Shown: positions 41,322 to 55,660 of the stretch, in pieces
How the letters are laid out: each line of letters starts with the position of its first letter
Position numbering within the stretch: position 1 is the first letter of the stretch
NCBI GenBank assembly: GCA_964016885.1
Contig: CAXHJY010001033.1
Coordinates: 1-55,660, forward strand
Source of the DNA: Eledone cirrhosa
Lineage: Eukaryota
DNA length: 55,660 nt
Direction: 5' to 3'
Program-made: the position numbers and the translations under genes
The notes under the pieces: model-generated
Told to the model about the DNA's origin: nothing
Databases searched by the model: none
The model's input: the letters and a program-made list of their open reading frames with translations, nothing else

Positions 41322-41536
41322 ATGTGTCGCTTCATTAATAATCCGCTTGCTGGAATGTGAACTTGATGGGGGTGTGGTGTCTGGTGTGAGGGGGGCGTGC
41401 TGGTGTGTTGAGAGGGTGAGGTAAGGTGTGGTGTGTGGGGGTGTTGAGAGGCTGAGGTGTGGTGCTGGGGGGGGGGAGATGAAATACGAGGGTACATTTG
41501 AACTAGGGTGTGTGTCCTCTATTTCCAGTAGTGTGT

Positions 41537-41576
<40 letters not shown>

Positions 41577-41918
41577 CGTCTGTGTTTAAATATACATACA
41601 GATATATATATCTATATATATATATATATATGCATGTATGTATGTATATATATATGTATGTATATATATATATAAACACACATATATATGTAGATAGATA
41701 TAAGATACATGTATATAAATACAGATGCATATATATATAAACACACATATACATATATATATATATATATAGTGTATACATATGTATATACACTATATAT
41801 ATATACACATTGAATATACACTAAATATATATATATATATATAGTCTGTATATATAGTGTATACATAGTGTGTGAGTATATATGAATGTATATTTATATA
41901 TATATATATATATATATA

Positions 41919-42030
41919 TAGGAAAAAGTATGACCCCGACGGCAGAGATCAAGCCGTTTCGACGGCTATTTCTGGATAGAAATAGCCGTCGAAACGGCTT
42001 GAGCTCTGCCGTCGGGTTCATACTTTTTCA
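41919..42030. mobile_element. Family A fold-back element, copy 8 (variant subfamily, no tail)
   Basis: Symmetric palindrome within (TA)n. Confidence 0.85.
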
Positions 42031-42086
42031 TATATATATATATATATATATGTGTCAGTATGTCAGTATATATATATATATATATT

Positions 42087-42126
<40 letters not shown>

Positions 42127-42219
42127 AGACACACTCATACACACACATATATATACATGGTTAAATTATAAAAGTACAACATACATGTCCCAACTTGCAG
42201 ACGATCGTTTGTGTGTCTC

Positions 42220-42262
<43 letters not shown>

Positions 42263-42293
42263 TATATACACATATATATATATATACATATAC

Positions 42294-42326
<33 letters not shown>

Positions 42327-42399
42327 TATATATATATATACACATATATATATATATGTGTATATATATATATATATGTGTGTATATATATATATACAC

Positions 42400-42697
<298 letters not shown>

Positions 42698-42933
42698 TTA
42701 TGTGTGTGTCAAGAGTGTATACAATATACACACGACTGTATGTTTAAACTGGGAATTTGGTCCCTATAAAATACGTGCTGGATTAAGCGGGTACATTGTG
42801 GAATGTGGGGTAGATAGGTAGGTCGGTAGGTAGTTTGGTGGGTGGGTAGTATGCTAGAGCTGTGAAATCTTGCATGAATTGAATTGAATTCAACTTATTT
42901 ATAACTGCATTGTTTCTTTCCAACAACAATATT

Positions 42934-43078
<145 letters not shown>

Positions 43079-43241
43079 TATATATATATACACACACACA
43101 TATATATATATATACACACACACATATATATATATATAAACACACACACACACATATATATATATACACACACATATATCTACACACACACACACATATA
43201 TATACACACACACACACATATATATACACACACACACACAG

Positions 43242-43282
<41 letters not shown>

Positions 43283-43342
43283 TATGTCTGTGTCTACATA
43301 TATATAGGTACGTATGTATATATATATGTGTGTATAGGTATG

Positions 43343-43379
<37 letters not shown>

Positions 43380-43466
43380 ATGTGTGTGTGTAGGTATGTA
43401 TGTATGTACATATATATGTGTGTGCGTGTGTGTGTATAGGTACGTATGTATATATATATATATACG

Positions 43467-43517
<51 letters not shown>

Positions 43518-43980
43518 GTGTGTATAGGTATGTATGTATGTATATATATATATATATGTATGTGGGTGTGTGTGTGTATATATAGGGTATGTATATATAT
43601 ATATATGTGTGTGTGTATGTATGTATATATATATATATGTGTGTATAGGTATGTATGTATATATATATATATATTTATGTACGTGTGTGTGTGTATATAT
43701 AGGTATGTATATATATATGTGTGTGTGTGTGTATATGTATATATATATGTGTGTGTGTATATGTATATATATGTGTGTGTGTGTATATGTATATATATAT
43801 GTGTGTGTGTGTATATATAGGTATGTATATATATATGTGTGTGTGTGTGTATATGTATATATATATGTGTGTGTGTGTATATGTTAGTGTTTGTGTCTCC
43901 CATGTCTAACGGGAGTTGTAGGGAGACTTGGCAGTGAACAGGTAGTGGCGGTGTAGGGGAGGTGTGGTGGCGGTGTAGGG

Positions 43981-46900
43981 GAGGTGTGGTGTCGTCTGGT
44001 TGACCAGGTATGTCTTGGTGTGGTGTTTATGGAGGTGTGGTGTCGTCTGGTTGACCAGGTATGTCGTGGTGTGGTGTTTATGGAGGTGTGGTGTCGTCTG
44101 GTTGACCAGGTATGTCGTGGTGTGGTGTTTATGGAGGTGTGGTGTGGTCTGGTTGACCAGGTATGTCGTGGTGTGGTGTTTATGGAGGTGTGGTGTCGTC
44201 TGGTTGACCAGGTATGTCGTGGTGTGGTGTTTATGGAGGTGTGGTGTCGTCTGGTTGACCAGGTATGTCGTGGTGTGGTGTTTATGGAGGTGTGGTGTGG
44301 TCTGGTTGACCAGGTATGTCGTGGTGTGGTGTTTATGGAGGTGTGGTGTCGTCTGGTTGACCAGGTATGTCGTGGTGTGGTGTTTATGGAGGTGTGGTGT
44401 GGTCTGGTTGACCAGGTATGTCGTGGTGTGGTGTTTATGGCGGTGTGGTGTCGTCTGGTCGACCAGGTATGACGTGGTGTGGTGTTTATGGAGGTGTGGT
44501 GTCGTCTGGTTGACCAGGTATGTCGTGGTGTGGTGTTTATGGAGGTGTGGTGTCGTCTGGTTGACCAGGTATGTCGTGGTGTGGTGTTTATGGCGGTGTG
44601 GTGTGGTCTGGTTGACCAGGTATGTCGTGGTGTGGTGTTTATGGAGGTGTGGTGTGGTCTGGTTGACCAGGTATGTCGTGGTGTGGTGTTTATGGAGGTG
44701 TGGTGTCGTCTGGTTGACCAGGTATGTCGTGGTGTGGTGTTTATGGAGGTGTGGTGTGGTCTGGTTGACCAGGTATGTCGTGGTGTGGTGTTTATGGAGG
44801 TGTGGTGTGGTCTGGTTGACCAGGTATGTCGTGGTGTGGTGTTTATGGAGGTGTGGTGTGGTCTGGTTGACCAGGTATGTCGTGGTGTGGTGTTTATGGA
44901 GGTGTGGTGTCGTCTGGTTGACCAGGTATGTCGTGGTGTGGTGTTTATGGAGGTGTGGTGTCGTCTGGTTGACCAGGTATGTCGTGGTGTGGTGTTTATG
45001 GAGGTGTGGTGTGGTCTGGTTGACCAGGTATGTCGTGGTGTGGTGTTTATGGAGGTGTGGTGTGGTGTCGTCTGGTTGACCAGGTATGTCGTGGTGTGGT
45101 GTTTATGGAGGTGTGGTGTGGTCTGGTTGACCAGGTATGTCGTGGTGTGGTGTTTATGGCGGTGTGGTGTCGTCTGGTTGACCAGGTATGTCGTGGTGTG
45201 GTGTTTATGGAGGTGTGGTGTGGTCTGGTTGACCAGGTATGTCGTGGTGTGGTGTTTATGGAGGTGTGGTGTCGTCTGGTTGACCAGGTATGACGTGGTG
45301 TGGTGTTTATGGAGGTGTGGTGTGGTCTGGTTGACCAGGTATGCCGTGGTGTGGTGTTTATGGAGGTGTGGTGTCGTCTGGTTGACCAGGTATGTCGTGG
45401 TGTGGTGTTTATGGAGGTGTGGTGTGGTCTGGTTGACCAGGTATGTCGTGGTGTGGTGTTTATGGAGGTGTGGTGTGGTCTGGTTGACCAGGTATGTCGT
45501 GGTGTGGTGTTTATGGAGGTGTGGTGTCGTCTGGTTGACCAGGTATGTCGTGGTGTGGTGTTTATGGAGGTGTGGTGTCGTCTGGTTGACCAGGTATGTC
45601 GTGGTGTGGTGTTTATGGAGGTGTGGTGTGGTCTGGTTGACCAGGTATGTCGTGGTGTGGTGTTTATGGAGGTGTGGTGTCGTCTGGTTGACCAGGTATG
45701 TCGTGGTGTGGTGTTTATGGAGGTGTGGTGTGGTCTGGTTGACCAGGTATGTCGTGGTGTGGTGTTTATGGCGGTGTGGTGTCGTCTGGTCGACCAGGTA
45801 TGACGTGGTGTGGTGTTTATGGAGGTGTGGTGTCGTCTGGTTGACCAGGTATGTCGTGGTGTGGTGTTTATGGAGGTGTGGTGTCGTCTGGTTGACCAGG
45901 TATGTCGTGGTGTGGTGTTTATGGCGGTGTGGTGTGGTCTGGTTGACCAGGTATGTCGTGGTGTGGTGTTTATGGAGGTGTGGTGTGGTCTGGTTGACCA
46001 GGTATGTCGTGGTGTGGTGTTTATGGAGGTGTGGTGTCGTCTGGTTGACCAGGTATGTCGTGGTGTGGTGTTTATGGAGGTGTGGTGTGGTCTGGTTGAC
46101 CAGGTATGTCGTGGTGTGGTGTTTATGGAGGTGTGTGTGTGGTCTGGTTGACCAGGTATGTCGTGGTGTGGTGTTTATGGAGGTGTGGTGTGGTCTGGTT
46201 GACCAGGTATGTCGTGGTGTGGTGTTTATGGAGGTGTGGTGTCGTCTGGTTGACCAGGTATGTCGTGGTGTGGTGTTTATGGAGGTGTGGTGTCGTCTGG
46301 TTGACCAGGTATGTCGTGGTGTGGTGTTTATGGAGGTGTGGTGTGGTCTGGTTGACCAGGTATGTCGTGGTGTGGTGTTTATGGAGGTGTGGTGTCGTCT
46401 GGTTGACCAGGTATGTCGTGGTGTGGTGTTTATGGAGGTGTGGTGTGGTCTGGTTGACCAGGTATGTCGTGGTGTGGTGTTTATGGCGGTGTGGTGTCGT
46501 CTGGTTGACCAGGTATGTCGTGGTGTGGTGTTTATGGAGGTGTGGTGTGGTCTGGTTGACCAGGTATGTCGTGGTGTGGTGTTTATGGAGGTGTGGTGTC
46601 GTCTGGTTGACCAGGTATGTCGTGGTGTGGTGTTTATGGAGGTGTGGTGTGGTCTGGTTGACCAGGTATGTCGTGGTGTGGTGTTTATGGAGGTGTGGTG
46701 TGGTCTGGTTGACCAGGTATGTCGTGGTGTGGTGTTTATGGCGGTGTGGTGTCGTCTGGTTGACCAGGTATGTCGTGGTGTGGTGTTTATGGAGGTGTGG
46801 TGTGGTCTGGTTGACCAGGTATGTCGTGGTGTGGTGTTTATGGAGGTGTGGTGTCGTCTGGTTGACCAGGTATGTCGTGGTGTGGTGTTTATGGAGGTGT

Positions 46901-49585
46901 GGTGTGGTCTGGTTGACCAGGTATGTCGTGGTGTGGTGTTTATGGAGGTGTGGTGTCGTCTGGTTGACCAGGTATGTCGTGGTGTGGTGTTTACGGCGGT
47001 GTGGTGTCGTCTGGTTGACCAGGTATGTCGTGGTGTGGTGTTTATGGCGGTGCGGTGTCGTCTGGTTGACCAGGTATGTCGTGGTGTGGTGTTTATGGAG
47101 GTGTGGTGTCGTCTGGTTGACCAGGTATGTCGTGGTGTGGTGTTTATGGCGGTGTGGTGTCGTCTGGTTGACCAGGTATGTCGTGGTGTGGTGTTTATGG
47201 AGGTGTGGTGTGGTCTGGTTGACCAGGTATGTCGTGGTGTGGTGTTTATGGAGGTGTGGTGTCGTCTGGTTGACCAGGTATGTCGTGGTGTGGTGTTTAT
47301 GGAGGTGTGGTGTGGTCTGGTTGACCAGGTATGTCGTGGTGTGGTGTTTATGGAGGTGTGGTGTGGTCTGGTTGACCAGGTATGTCGTGGTGTGGTGTTT
47401 ATGGCGGTGTGGTGTCGTCTGGTTGACCAGGTATGTCGTGGTGTGGTGTTTATGGAGGTGTGGTGTGGTCTGGTTGACCAGGTATGTCGTGGTGTGGTGT
47501 TTATGGAGGTGTGGTGTCGTCTGGTTGACCAGGTATGTCGTGGTGTGGTGTTTATGGAGGTGTGGTGTGGTCTGGTTGACCAGGTATGTCGTGGTGTGGT
47601 GTTTATGGAGGTGTGGTGTCGTCTGGTTGACCAGGTATGTCGTGGTGTGGTGTTTATGGAGGTGTGGTGTCGTCTGGTTGACCAGGTATGTCGTGGTGTG
47701 GTGTTTATGGCGGTGTGGTGTCGTCTGGTTGACCAGGTATGACGTGGTGTGGTGTTTATGGAGGTGTGGTGTGGTCTGGTTGACCAGGTATGTCGTGGTG
47801 TGGTGTTTATGGAGGTGTGGTGTCGTCTGGTTGACCAGGTATGTCGTGGTGTGGTGTTTATGGAGGTGTGGTGTGGTCTGGTTGACCAGGTATGTCGTGG
47901 TGTGGTGTTTATGGCGGCGTGGTGTCGTCTGGTTGACCAGGTATGTCGTGGTGTGGTGTTTATGGAGGTGTGGTGTGGTCTGGTTGACCAGGTATGTCGT
48001 GGTGTGGTGTTTATGGAGGTGTGGTGTGGTCTGGTTGACCAGGTATGTCGTGGTGTGGTGTTTATGGAGGTGTGGTGTCGTCTGGTTGACCAGGTATGTC
48101 GTGGTGTGGTGTTTATGGAGGTGTGGTGTGGTCTGGTTGACCAGGTATGTCGTGGTGTGGTGTTTATGGCGGTGTGGTGTCGTCTGGTTGACCAGGTATG
48201 TCGTGGTGTGGTGTTTATGGCGGTGTGGTGTCGTCTGGTTGACCAGGTATGACGTGGTGTGGTGTTTATGGAGGTGTGGTGTGGTCTGGTTGACCAGGTA
48301 TGTCGTGGTGTGGTGTTTATGGAGGTGTGGTGTCGTCTGGTTGACCAGGTATGTCGTGGTGTGGTGTTTATGGAGGTGTGGTGTGGTCTGGTTGACCAGG
48401 TATGTCGTGGTGTGGTGTTTATGGCGGTGTGGTGTCGTCTGGTTGACCAGGTATGTCGTGGTGTGGTGTTTATGGAGGTGTGGTGTGGTCTGGTTGACCA
48501 GGTATGTCGTGGTGTGGTGTTTATGGAGGTGTGGTGTCGTCTGGTTGACCAGGTATGACGTGGTGTGGTGTTTATGGAGGTGTGGTGTGGTGTGGTCTGG
48601 TTGACCAGGTATGTCGTGGTGTGGTGTTTATGGAGGTGTGGTGTCGTCTGGTTGACCAGGTATGTCGTGGTGTGGTGTTTATGGAGGTGTGGTGTGGTCT
48701 GGTTGACCAGGTATGTCGTGGTGTGGTGTTTATGGAGGTGTGGTGTCGTCTGGTTGACCAGGTATGTCGTGGTGTGGTGTTTATGGAGGTGTGGTGTCGT
48801 GTTGTTGACCAGGTATGTCGTGGTGTGGTGTTTATGGCGGTGTGGTGTCGTCTGGTTGACCAGGTATGTCGTGGTGTGGTGTTTATGGCGGTGTGGTGTC
48901 GTCTGGTTGACCAGGTATGTCGTGGTGTGGTGTTTATGGAGGTGTGGTGTCGTCTGGTTGACCAGGTATGTCGTGGTGTGGTGTTTATGGAGGTGTGGTG
49001 TCGTGTTGTTGGCCAGGAATGTCGTGGTGTGGTGTTTATGGCGGCGTGGTGTCGTCTGGTTGACCAGGTATATCTTGGGGTGGTGGCGTGGCGTAGTGTG
49101 GTGTGGTTGGTGTGTAGGTGTGGAGGTGTGTAGGTGTGTTGTCAGGTAAGTGGTGGGGTGTGTGTGGCCAGGTATATGGTGGTGTGGTGGCAAGGTATAT
49201 TGTGGTGTGGAGGTGTGTGGCCAGGTATATGGTGGGGTGGAGGTGTGTGTGGCCAGGTATATGGTGGGGTGGTGTGGAGGTGTGTGGCCAGGTATATGGT
49301 GGTGTGGTGGTGTGTGGCCAGGTATATGGTGGGGTGGAGGTGTGTGTGGCCAGGTATATGGTGGGGTGGGGTGGAGGTGTGTGGCCAGGTGTATGGTGGG
49401 GTGGGGTGGAGGTGTGTGGCCAGGTGTATGGTGGGGTGGGGTGGTGGTGTGTGGCCAGGTATATGGTGGTGTGGTGGTGGTGTGGAGGTGTGTGGCCAGG
49501 TGTATGGTGGGGTGGAGGTGTGTGGCCAGGTATATGGTGGTGGGGTGGTGTGGTGTGGGGTGGTGGGGTGTTGTCAGGTATGTGC
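43981..49585. repeat. 51-bp minisatellite of about 100 units with a degenerate right flank
   Basis: Unit gtgtggtgtcgtctggttgaccaggtatgtcgtggtgtggtgtttatggag. It is homogeneous to about 49075, then shorter gtgtggccaggtatatggtgg units follow. Confidence 0.97.
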
Positions 49586-49786
49586 TGTGTTCCCTCTGCC
49601 CTCTCCCCAGATACATTACAAATACAGGGTGGCGGCGGTGGGGGGGGGGAGGTGAGGTTTGGACAAACAGACTGATGGGACTGGTGTACTAGGTAAGGGG
49701 ACAGCGTCTGTGGGGGGGGGGAGTATCAACTAGGAAGGGGACATACAGACAGACTGATAGAGGGAGAGAGAGAGGTAGAGAGAAAT

Positions 49787-49819
<33 letters not shown>

Positions 49820-49968
49820 GAGAGAAATAGAGAGAGATAGACAGAGAGAGAGAGAGACAGACAGAGAGAGAGACAGAGAGACAGACAGAGAGAGAGATAG
49901 ACAGACAGACAGAGAGACAGAGAGAGAGAGAGAGACAGAGAGAGACAGACAGCGATACAAAGAGAGAC

Positions 49969-50007
<39 letters not shown>

Positions 50008-50126
50008 CAGACAGAGAGATAGACAGAGAGACAGAGATACAAAGAGAGAGAGACAGACAGAGAGTCAGACAGAGAGAGAGACAGACATATATATATAGAG
50101 AGAGAGAGAGAGAGGGAGAGAGACAG

Positions 50127-50204
<78 letters not shown>

Positions 50205-50389
50205 TGTGTGTTTAAATGGTTGGTATGCAGTCTGGTAAACAAACAGAGATATGAATAAACAAATACACGGATATATGTGTGTGTGTGAGTATAAGTATGT
50301 ATGTGTGTGTAAGTTTGTGTGTGAGTGTGTGTGGGTGTGTGAGAGCATTAAGTTTATATATATATATATGTGTGTGTCTGTGTGTGTAT

Positions 50390-50429
<40 letters not shown>

Positions 50430-51196
50430 GTGTGTGTGTGTGTGAGAGAGAGCATTAAGTTTATATATATATATATATGTGTGTGTGTGCGTATGTGTGT
50501 GTGTATGTGTGTGAGAGAGCATTAAGTTTATATATATATATATGTGTGTGTCTGTGTGTGTATAAGTGTGTGTGTGTGTGTGTGTGTATAAGTGTGTGTG
50601 TGTGTGTATGTGTGTGAGAGAGTATTAAGTTTATATATATATATATATGTGTGTGTCTGTGTGTGTGTGTATAAGTGTGTGTGTGTAAGAGAGCATGAAG
50701 TTTATATACATATATGTATGTGTGTGTGTGTGTGTGAGAGAGCATTAAGTTTATATATATATATGTGTGTGTGTATGTGTGTGTGTGTGTGTATGTGTGT
50801 GTGTATGTGTGTGTGTATGTGTGTGTAAGAGAGCATGAAGTTTATACAGTTACAAAAAAGAGCAAACACACATACACATACACAGACACACACACACACA
50901 AATACATTAATACACACATTACAAAGAGACATGCACACACACACACACACACACACATAAACACACAAAGACATACACACACACACAAACACACAAAGAC
51001 AAACACGCACACAAAGACATACACACACACACACACACATACACACACCAAACATACACACATGCACTCACACAAGACATGCACACACACAAGACAAACA
51101 CACACACACACACAGATAAACACTGCAATGCACACAAGCATACACATTGTAAAGAGAGGCACACATACACACACACAAATACATTAACACACACAT

Positions 51197-51249
<53 letters not shown>

Positions 51250-51289
51250 AGAGAAAGAGAGGGGGGGGGAGAAAGAGAGAGAGAGAGAC

Positions 51290-51322
<33 letters not shown>

Positions 51323-51550
51323 CTTAAAAACTGCCAGAATTTCTTAAGAAACTAAGTTTGTGTGATGAGGCGTCCCCCCTAGGCTAGAAACAACAGTTAA
51401 GCACCGTTTTTCTGTTAAAAGAAAAAACACGTTAATGGAAGTTTCCTGCATACTGACGGCGAAAATATAGATGTGGTGGTCACGACTGGAGAGCCTTTCA
51501 TTACACATCAACAGGGTTAGATCAAACATAGGGCGAAAACAATGCAGGAG

Positions 51551-52404
51551 GGACACATTAGATAATGTAGTCCTAGGTACACTGTGTCTGTATATAAGAC
51601 AGGACACATTAGATAATGTAGTCCTAGGTAGACTGTGTCTGTATATAAGACAGGACACATTAGATAATGTAGTCCTAGGTAGACTGTGTCTGTATATAAG
51701 ACAGGACACATTAGATAATGTAGTCCCTAGATAGACTGTGTCTGTATATAAGACAGGACACATTAGATAATGTAGTCCTAGATAGACTGTGTCTGTATAT
51801 AAGACAGGACACATTAGATAATGTAGTCCTAGGTAGACTGTGTCTGTATATAAGACAGGGACACATTAGATAATGTAGTCCTAGGTAGACTGTGTCTGTA
51901 TATAAGACAGGACACATTAGATAATGTAGTCCTAAGTACACTGTGTCTGTATATAAGACAGGACACATTAGATAATGTAGTCCTAGGTACACTGTGTCTG
52001 TATATAAGACAGGACACATTAGATAATGTAGTCCTAGATACACTGTGTCTGTATATAAGACAGGACACATTAGATAATGTAGTCCTAGATAGACTGTGTC
52101 TGTATATAAGACAGGACACATTAGATAATGTAGTCCTAGATAGACTGTGTCTGTATATAAGACAGGACACATTAGATAATGTAGTCCTAGGTACACTGTG
52201 TCTGTATATAAGACAGGACACATTAGATAATGTACTCCTAGGTAGACTGTGTCTGTATATAGGACAGGACACATTAGATAATGTAGTCCTAGGTAGACTG
52301 TGTCTGTATATAAGACAGGACACATTAGATAATGTAGTCCTAGATACACTGTCTATATATAAGACAGGACACATTAGATAATGTAGTCCTAGATAGACTG
52401 TGTA
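51551..52404. repeat. 51-bp minisatellite of about 16-17 units with internal hairpins
   Basis: Unit ggacacattagataatgtagtcctaggtagactgtgtctgtatataagaca. Confidence 0.95.
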
Positions 52405-52551
52405 TGACTCAAAGAATGACATATAATCACGTCGAGGTTAACTTTTCCTTTCATCCTAACGGGGTCGATAAAATAAAGTACCAGTAATAAATGCAGAGTA
52501 TATTTATTTAATATAGACAGGCTTCTACAGGACTAGAACTGTTTCATTCAT

Positions 52552-52582
<31 letters not shown>

Positions 52583-52584
<2 letters not shown>

Positions 52585-52796
52585 GGAACGAGTAGGACCC
52601 CGACGGCTGAGCTCAAGCCGTTTCGACGGCTAATTCTGGACTCTGAGTCCAGAATTTAGTCCAGAATTAGCCGTCGAAACGGCTTGAGCTCTGCCGTCGG
52701 GGTCCTACTCGTTCCCATTACCCACTCTACTACCCTAAGTATTGAGTACTTTGGTGCGTTATGGTCCACCTGGTTCCTTACCACATTTCCTTCGTT
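52583..52796. mobile_element. Family A fold-back element, copy 9
   Basis: The centre has a duplicated agtccagaatt, and there is a right-hand tail. Confidence 0.9.
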
Positions 52797-52994
52797 ATAT
52801 ATATATATATCATGCCAATTCTAACACATATATATCCTAGAAACGATCGTTAAATAATGAACTTTTTTTGTTTAATATAAGGAACTGTTTCATTGTTTTA
52901 TTCATTTTTTTTAATATTTTATATATATATATATTTATTTTATTATAATATACTATACTATATATATATTATATTATATTATATATATATATAA

Positions 52995-53051
<57 letters not shown>

Positions 53052-53120
53052 AATATATATATATATATGTATGTATATATATATATATATATATATAAAT
53101 ATATATATATATACATAAAT

Positions 53121-53182
<62 letters not shown>

Positions 53183-53246
53183 AATGTTTATAACTGATTC
53201 AGAGCACTCGACAGTTTTTTCTGGAGTAAATATTCAATGATATTAA

Positions 53247-53280
<34 letters not shown>

Positions 53281-53285
<5 letters not shown>

Positions 53286-53581
53286 TATAAATATTAATAA
53301 TATAGATGTTCTTTTGATCAATGACATTTTATTATACATATTTCGGATGTACAACAGTACGTCCTCATCAGACAAAATATAATCATACATGACATACCCT
53401 GAGATGTTAAATGGTTAAGATTTAATCAAGATTTAATCAAGATTTAATCAAGATTTAATCAAGATTTAATCAATTTTAATATTAATAACTCCGGAAAATT
53501 ATTTTTTCGTGGAGTGCTTCCAATCTACTGTAAAACTCATTCTTTGATGTACTCATTGAATCTTGTTTAACTCTTTAATAC
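53281..53581. mobile_element. Family D element with hammerhead at 53326-53378 (-) and inverted tail
   Basis: Minus strand: ATTTTGT CTGATGA GGA c GTAC tgtt GTAC a TCC GAAA TATGTA TA ATAAAAT. The junction has (agatttaatca)x5. Confidence 0.8.
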
Positions 53582-53596
53582 ATATATATATATATA

Positions 53597-53788
53597 TTTA
53601 TTGTATAGAAGGAGCTTCTACAGGACTAGTACTGTTTCATTCAGATGAAATCTTCAGGGGAAGATTTCATCTGAATGAAACAGTACTAGTCCTGTAGAAG
53701 CTCCTTCTATACAATAAATATATTTTACTCTGCCATGTATTGAGTACCTTACTTACGGTGGTTATCCCCGACTCAACACGTGACCTAC

Positions 53789-53791
<3 letters not shown>
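53597..53791. mobile_element. Family E fold-back element
   Basis: Arms of about 60 bp around tcttcaggggaaga, with a right-hand tail. Confidence 0.85.
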
Positions 53792-53832
<41 letters not shown>

Positions 53833-53834
53833 TT

Positions 53835-54051
53835 TCTTTTCGATCGACTTTCGTCAAATCGGACCGAGGGAACAATGTTTCCGCTGGTCCTTCCAGTTGC
53901 TAATACTATCTATCGGTCACAACTCCAGGTAGAAGGAGCAACGTGAAATAAAGTGTCTTGCTCAAGGACATAACGCATCGCCTGGTCCAGGAATCGAACT
54001 CACAACCTCACGATTGCGAAGCCAATTCTCTAACCACTCAGCCACACGCCT
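53835..54051 (-). mobile_element. tRNA-derived SINE (family S2)
   Basis: Box A and box B on the minus strand. Matches 31401-31544 and extends further 3'. Confidence 0.85.
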
Positions 54052-54232
54052 TTATATATACATATATACACACATATATACACACACATATATATACACA
54101 CACACATATATATCTATATATATATATATATGAAGAAAGTTGCTAGATCATAAATATATTGTCTTCTTCTTAAAGAGAAGTGAAGCTTTCCACGGTTTTT
54201 CTTAGGATTTTCCCCGCAAATAACGTCCGGAG

Positions 54233-54277
<45 letters not shown>

Positions 54278-54304
54278 CACACATATATATATATACATAC
54301 ATAC

Positions 54305-54335
<31 letters not shown>

Positions 54336-54396
54336 CATACATATATATATACATACATATATATATACATACATATATATATACATACATATATAT

Positions 54397-54463
<67 letters not shown>

Positions 54464-54534
54464 CATACATACACATACAATAATATATATATATATATAT
54501 ATACATACACACACACATATATATATATATACAT

Positions 54535-54567
<33 letters not shown>

Positions 54568-54887
54568 CATACATACACATATATATATATATATATACAT
54601 ACATACATATATATATACATATATACATACATATACATACATACACACACACACACATATATATACATACACACATATATTATACATACATCCACACACA
54701 CATATATATATACATACATACACACACACACATATATATACATTCACACATATATATACATACATATATACATACACACGCACATATATATATATATACA
54801 CATACAGCATACTTATACATACATGCATACATATACATAACCTGTTCCAGCCGACTGGCCGAGACCATGCTGGAGCACTACCATTGC

Positions 54888-54963
<76 letters not shown>

Positions 54964-55097
54964 ATGTATACTGTATGTATGTGCAAAAGTTAAACAGAAA
55001 TAAAGCATACGACTTAGTACAAACACAGAATATATATACACATATATATATATATATATACATATCATATATATATATATTATTTATACACACACAC

Positions 55098-55131
<34 letters not shown>

Positions 55132-55173
55132 ATAAACTTCGTTTTCAAATATATAAACTAGAAAGGTTTATAT

Positions 55174-55219
<46 letters not shown>

Positions 55220-55284
55220 ATCGTATGGATGTATGTATATATATAGTGTGTGTGTGCATGTATATATATATTATATATATATAT

Positions 55285-55400
55285 AACGAAGGAACCAGGT
55301 GGACCATAACGCACCAGAGTACTCAATACTTAGGGGTAGTAGAGTCCAGAAATAGCCGTCGAAACGGCTTGAGCTCTGCCGTCGGGGTCATACTTTTTCC

Positions 55401-55402
<2 letters not shown>
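55285..55402. mobile_element. Family A copy 10 (inverted tail fused directly to a single arm)
   Basis: The tail is joined at gtagagtccaga. Variant subfamily. Confidence 0.85.
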
Positions 55403-55436
<34 letters not shown>

Positions 55437-55660
55437 GTTTGTATGTATATATATTTTGTGTGTGTGTGTGTACATATATATATATATGTATTTTGTATAT
55501 ATAACTGTATATATATATATATTATAATATAATATATATATATAAAATTGTAGTATATTTACTTACACTATATATATATGTATGTATGTATGTATATTAT
55601 ATATATATATATATATATTATATTGTGTCTGTTTGTGTGCATGTATATTATACTATTGTG

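Noticed and set aside
43884-49616. 1910-aa ORF and overlapping 800-1000-aa ORFs
   Set aside because: Artefacts of a stop-poor 51-bp tandem unit that is open in several frames on both strands.

Overview
AT-rich animal genomic DNA made almost entirely of microsatellites, minisatellites and transposon remnants. The SINE style and microsatellite density suggest a cephalopod such as Octopus (inference). The only host coding sequence I can support is one 561-bp minus-strand internal exon (38658-39218) of a Tiki/TRABD2 Wnt-cleaving metalloprotease, so most of the window is probably intron or flank. The main signal is a set of about 8 families of short asymmetric fold-back elements inserted in (TA)n tracts. 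Many carry minimal type I hammerhead ribozymes with short, often palindromic stem III (about 20 intact or decayed motifs on both strands). Seven families that share little primary sequence all carry the same covarying bulged hairpin, RCTC-stem-loop-TN-GAGY, in a tail found on one arm only. This architecture matches inverted pseudo-LTR insertions of Penelope-like retroelements, and the tail hairpin looks like a conserved cis element. Also present: R4/Dong and RTE LINE 3' ends, two tRNA-derived SINE families, Tc1/mariner-type MITEs and large 23/30-bp and 51-bp tandem arrays. All structures were read by eye and no searches or folding were run.
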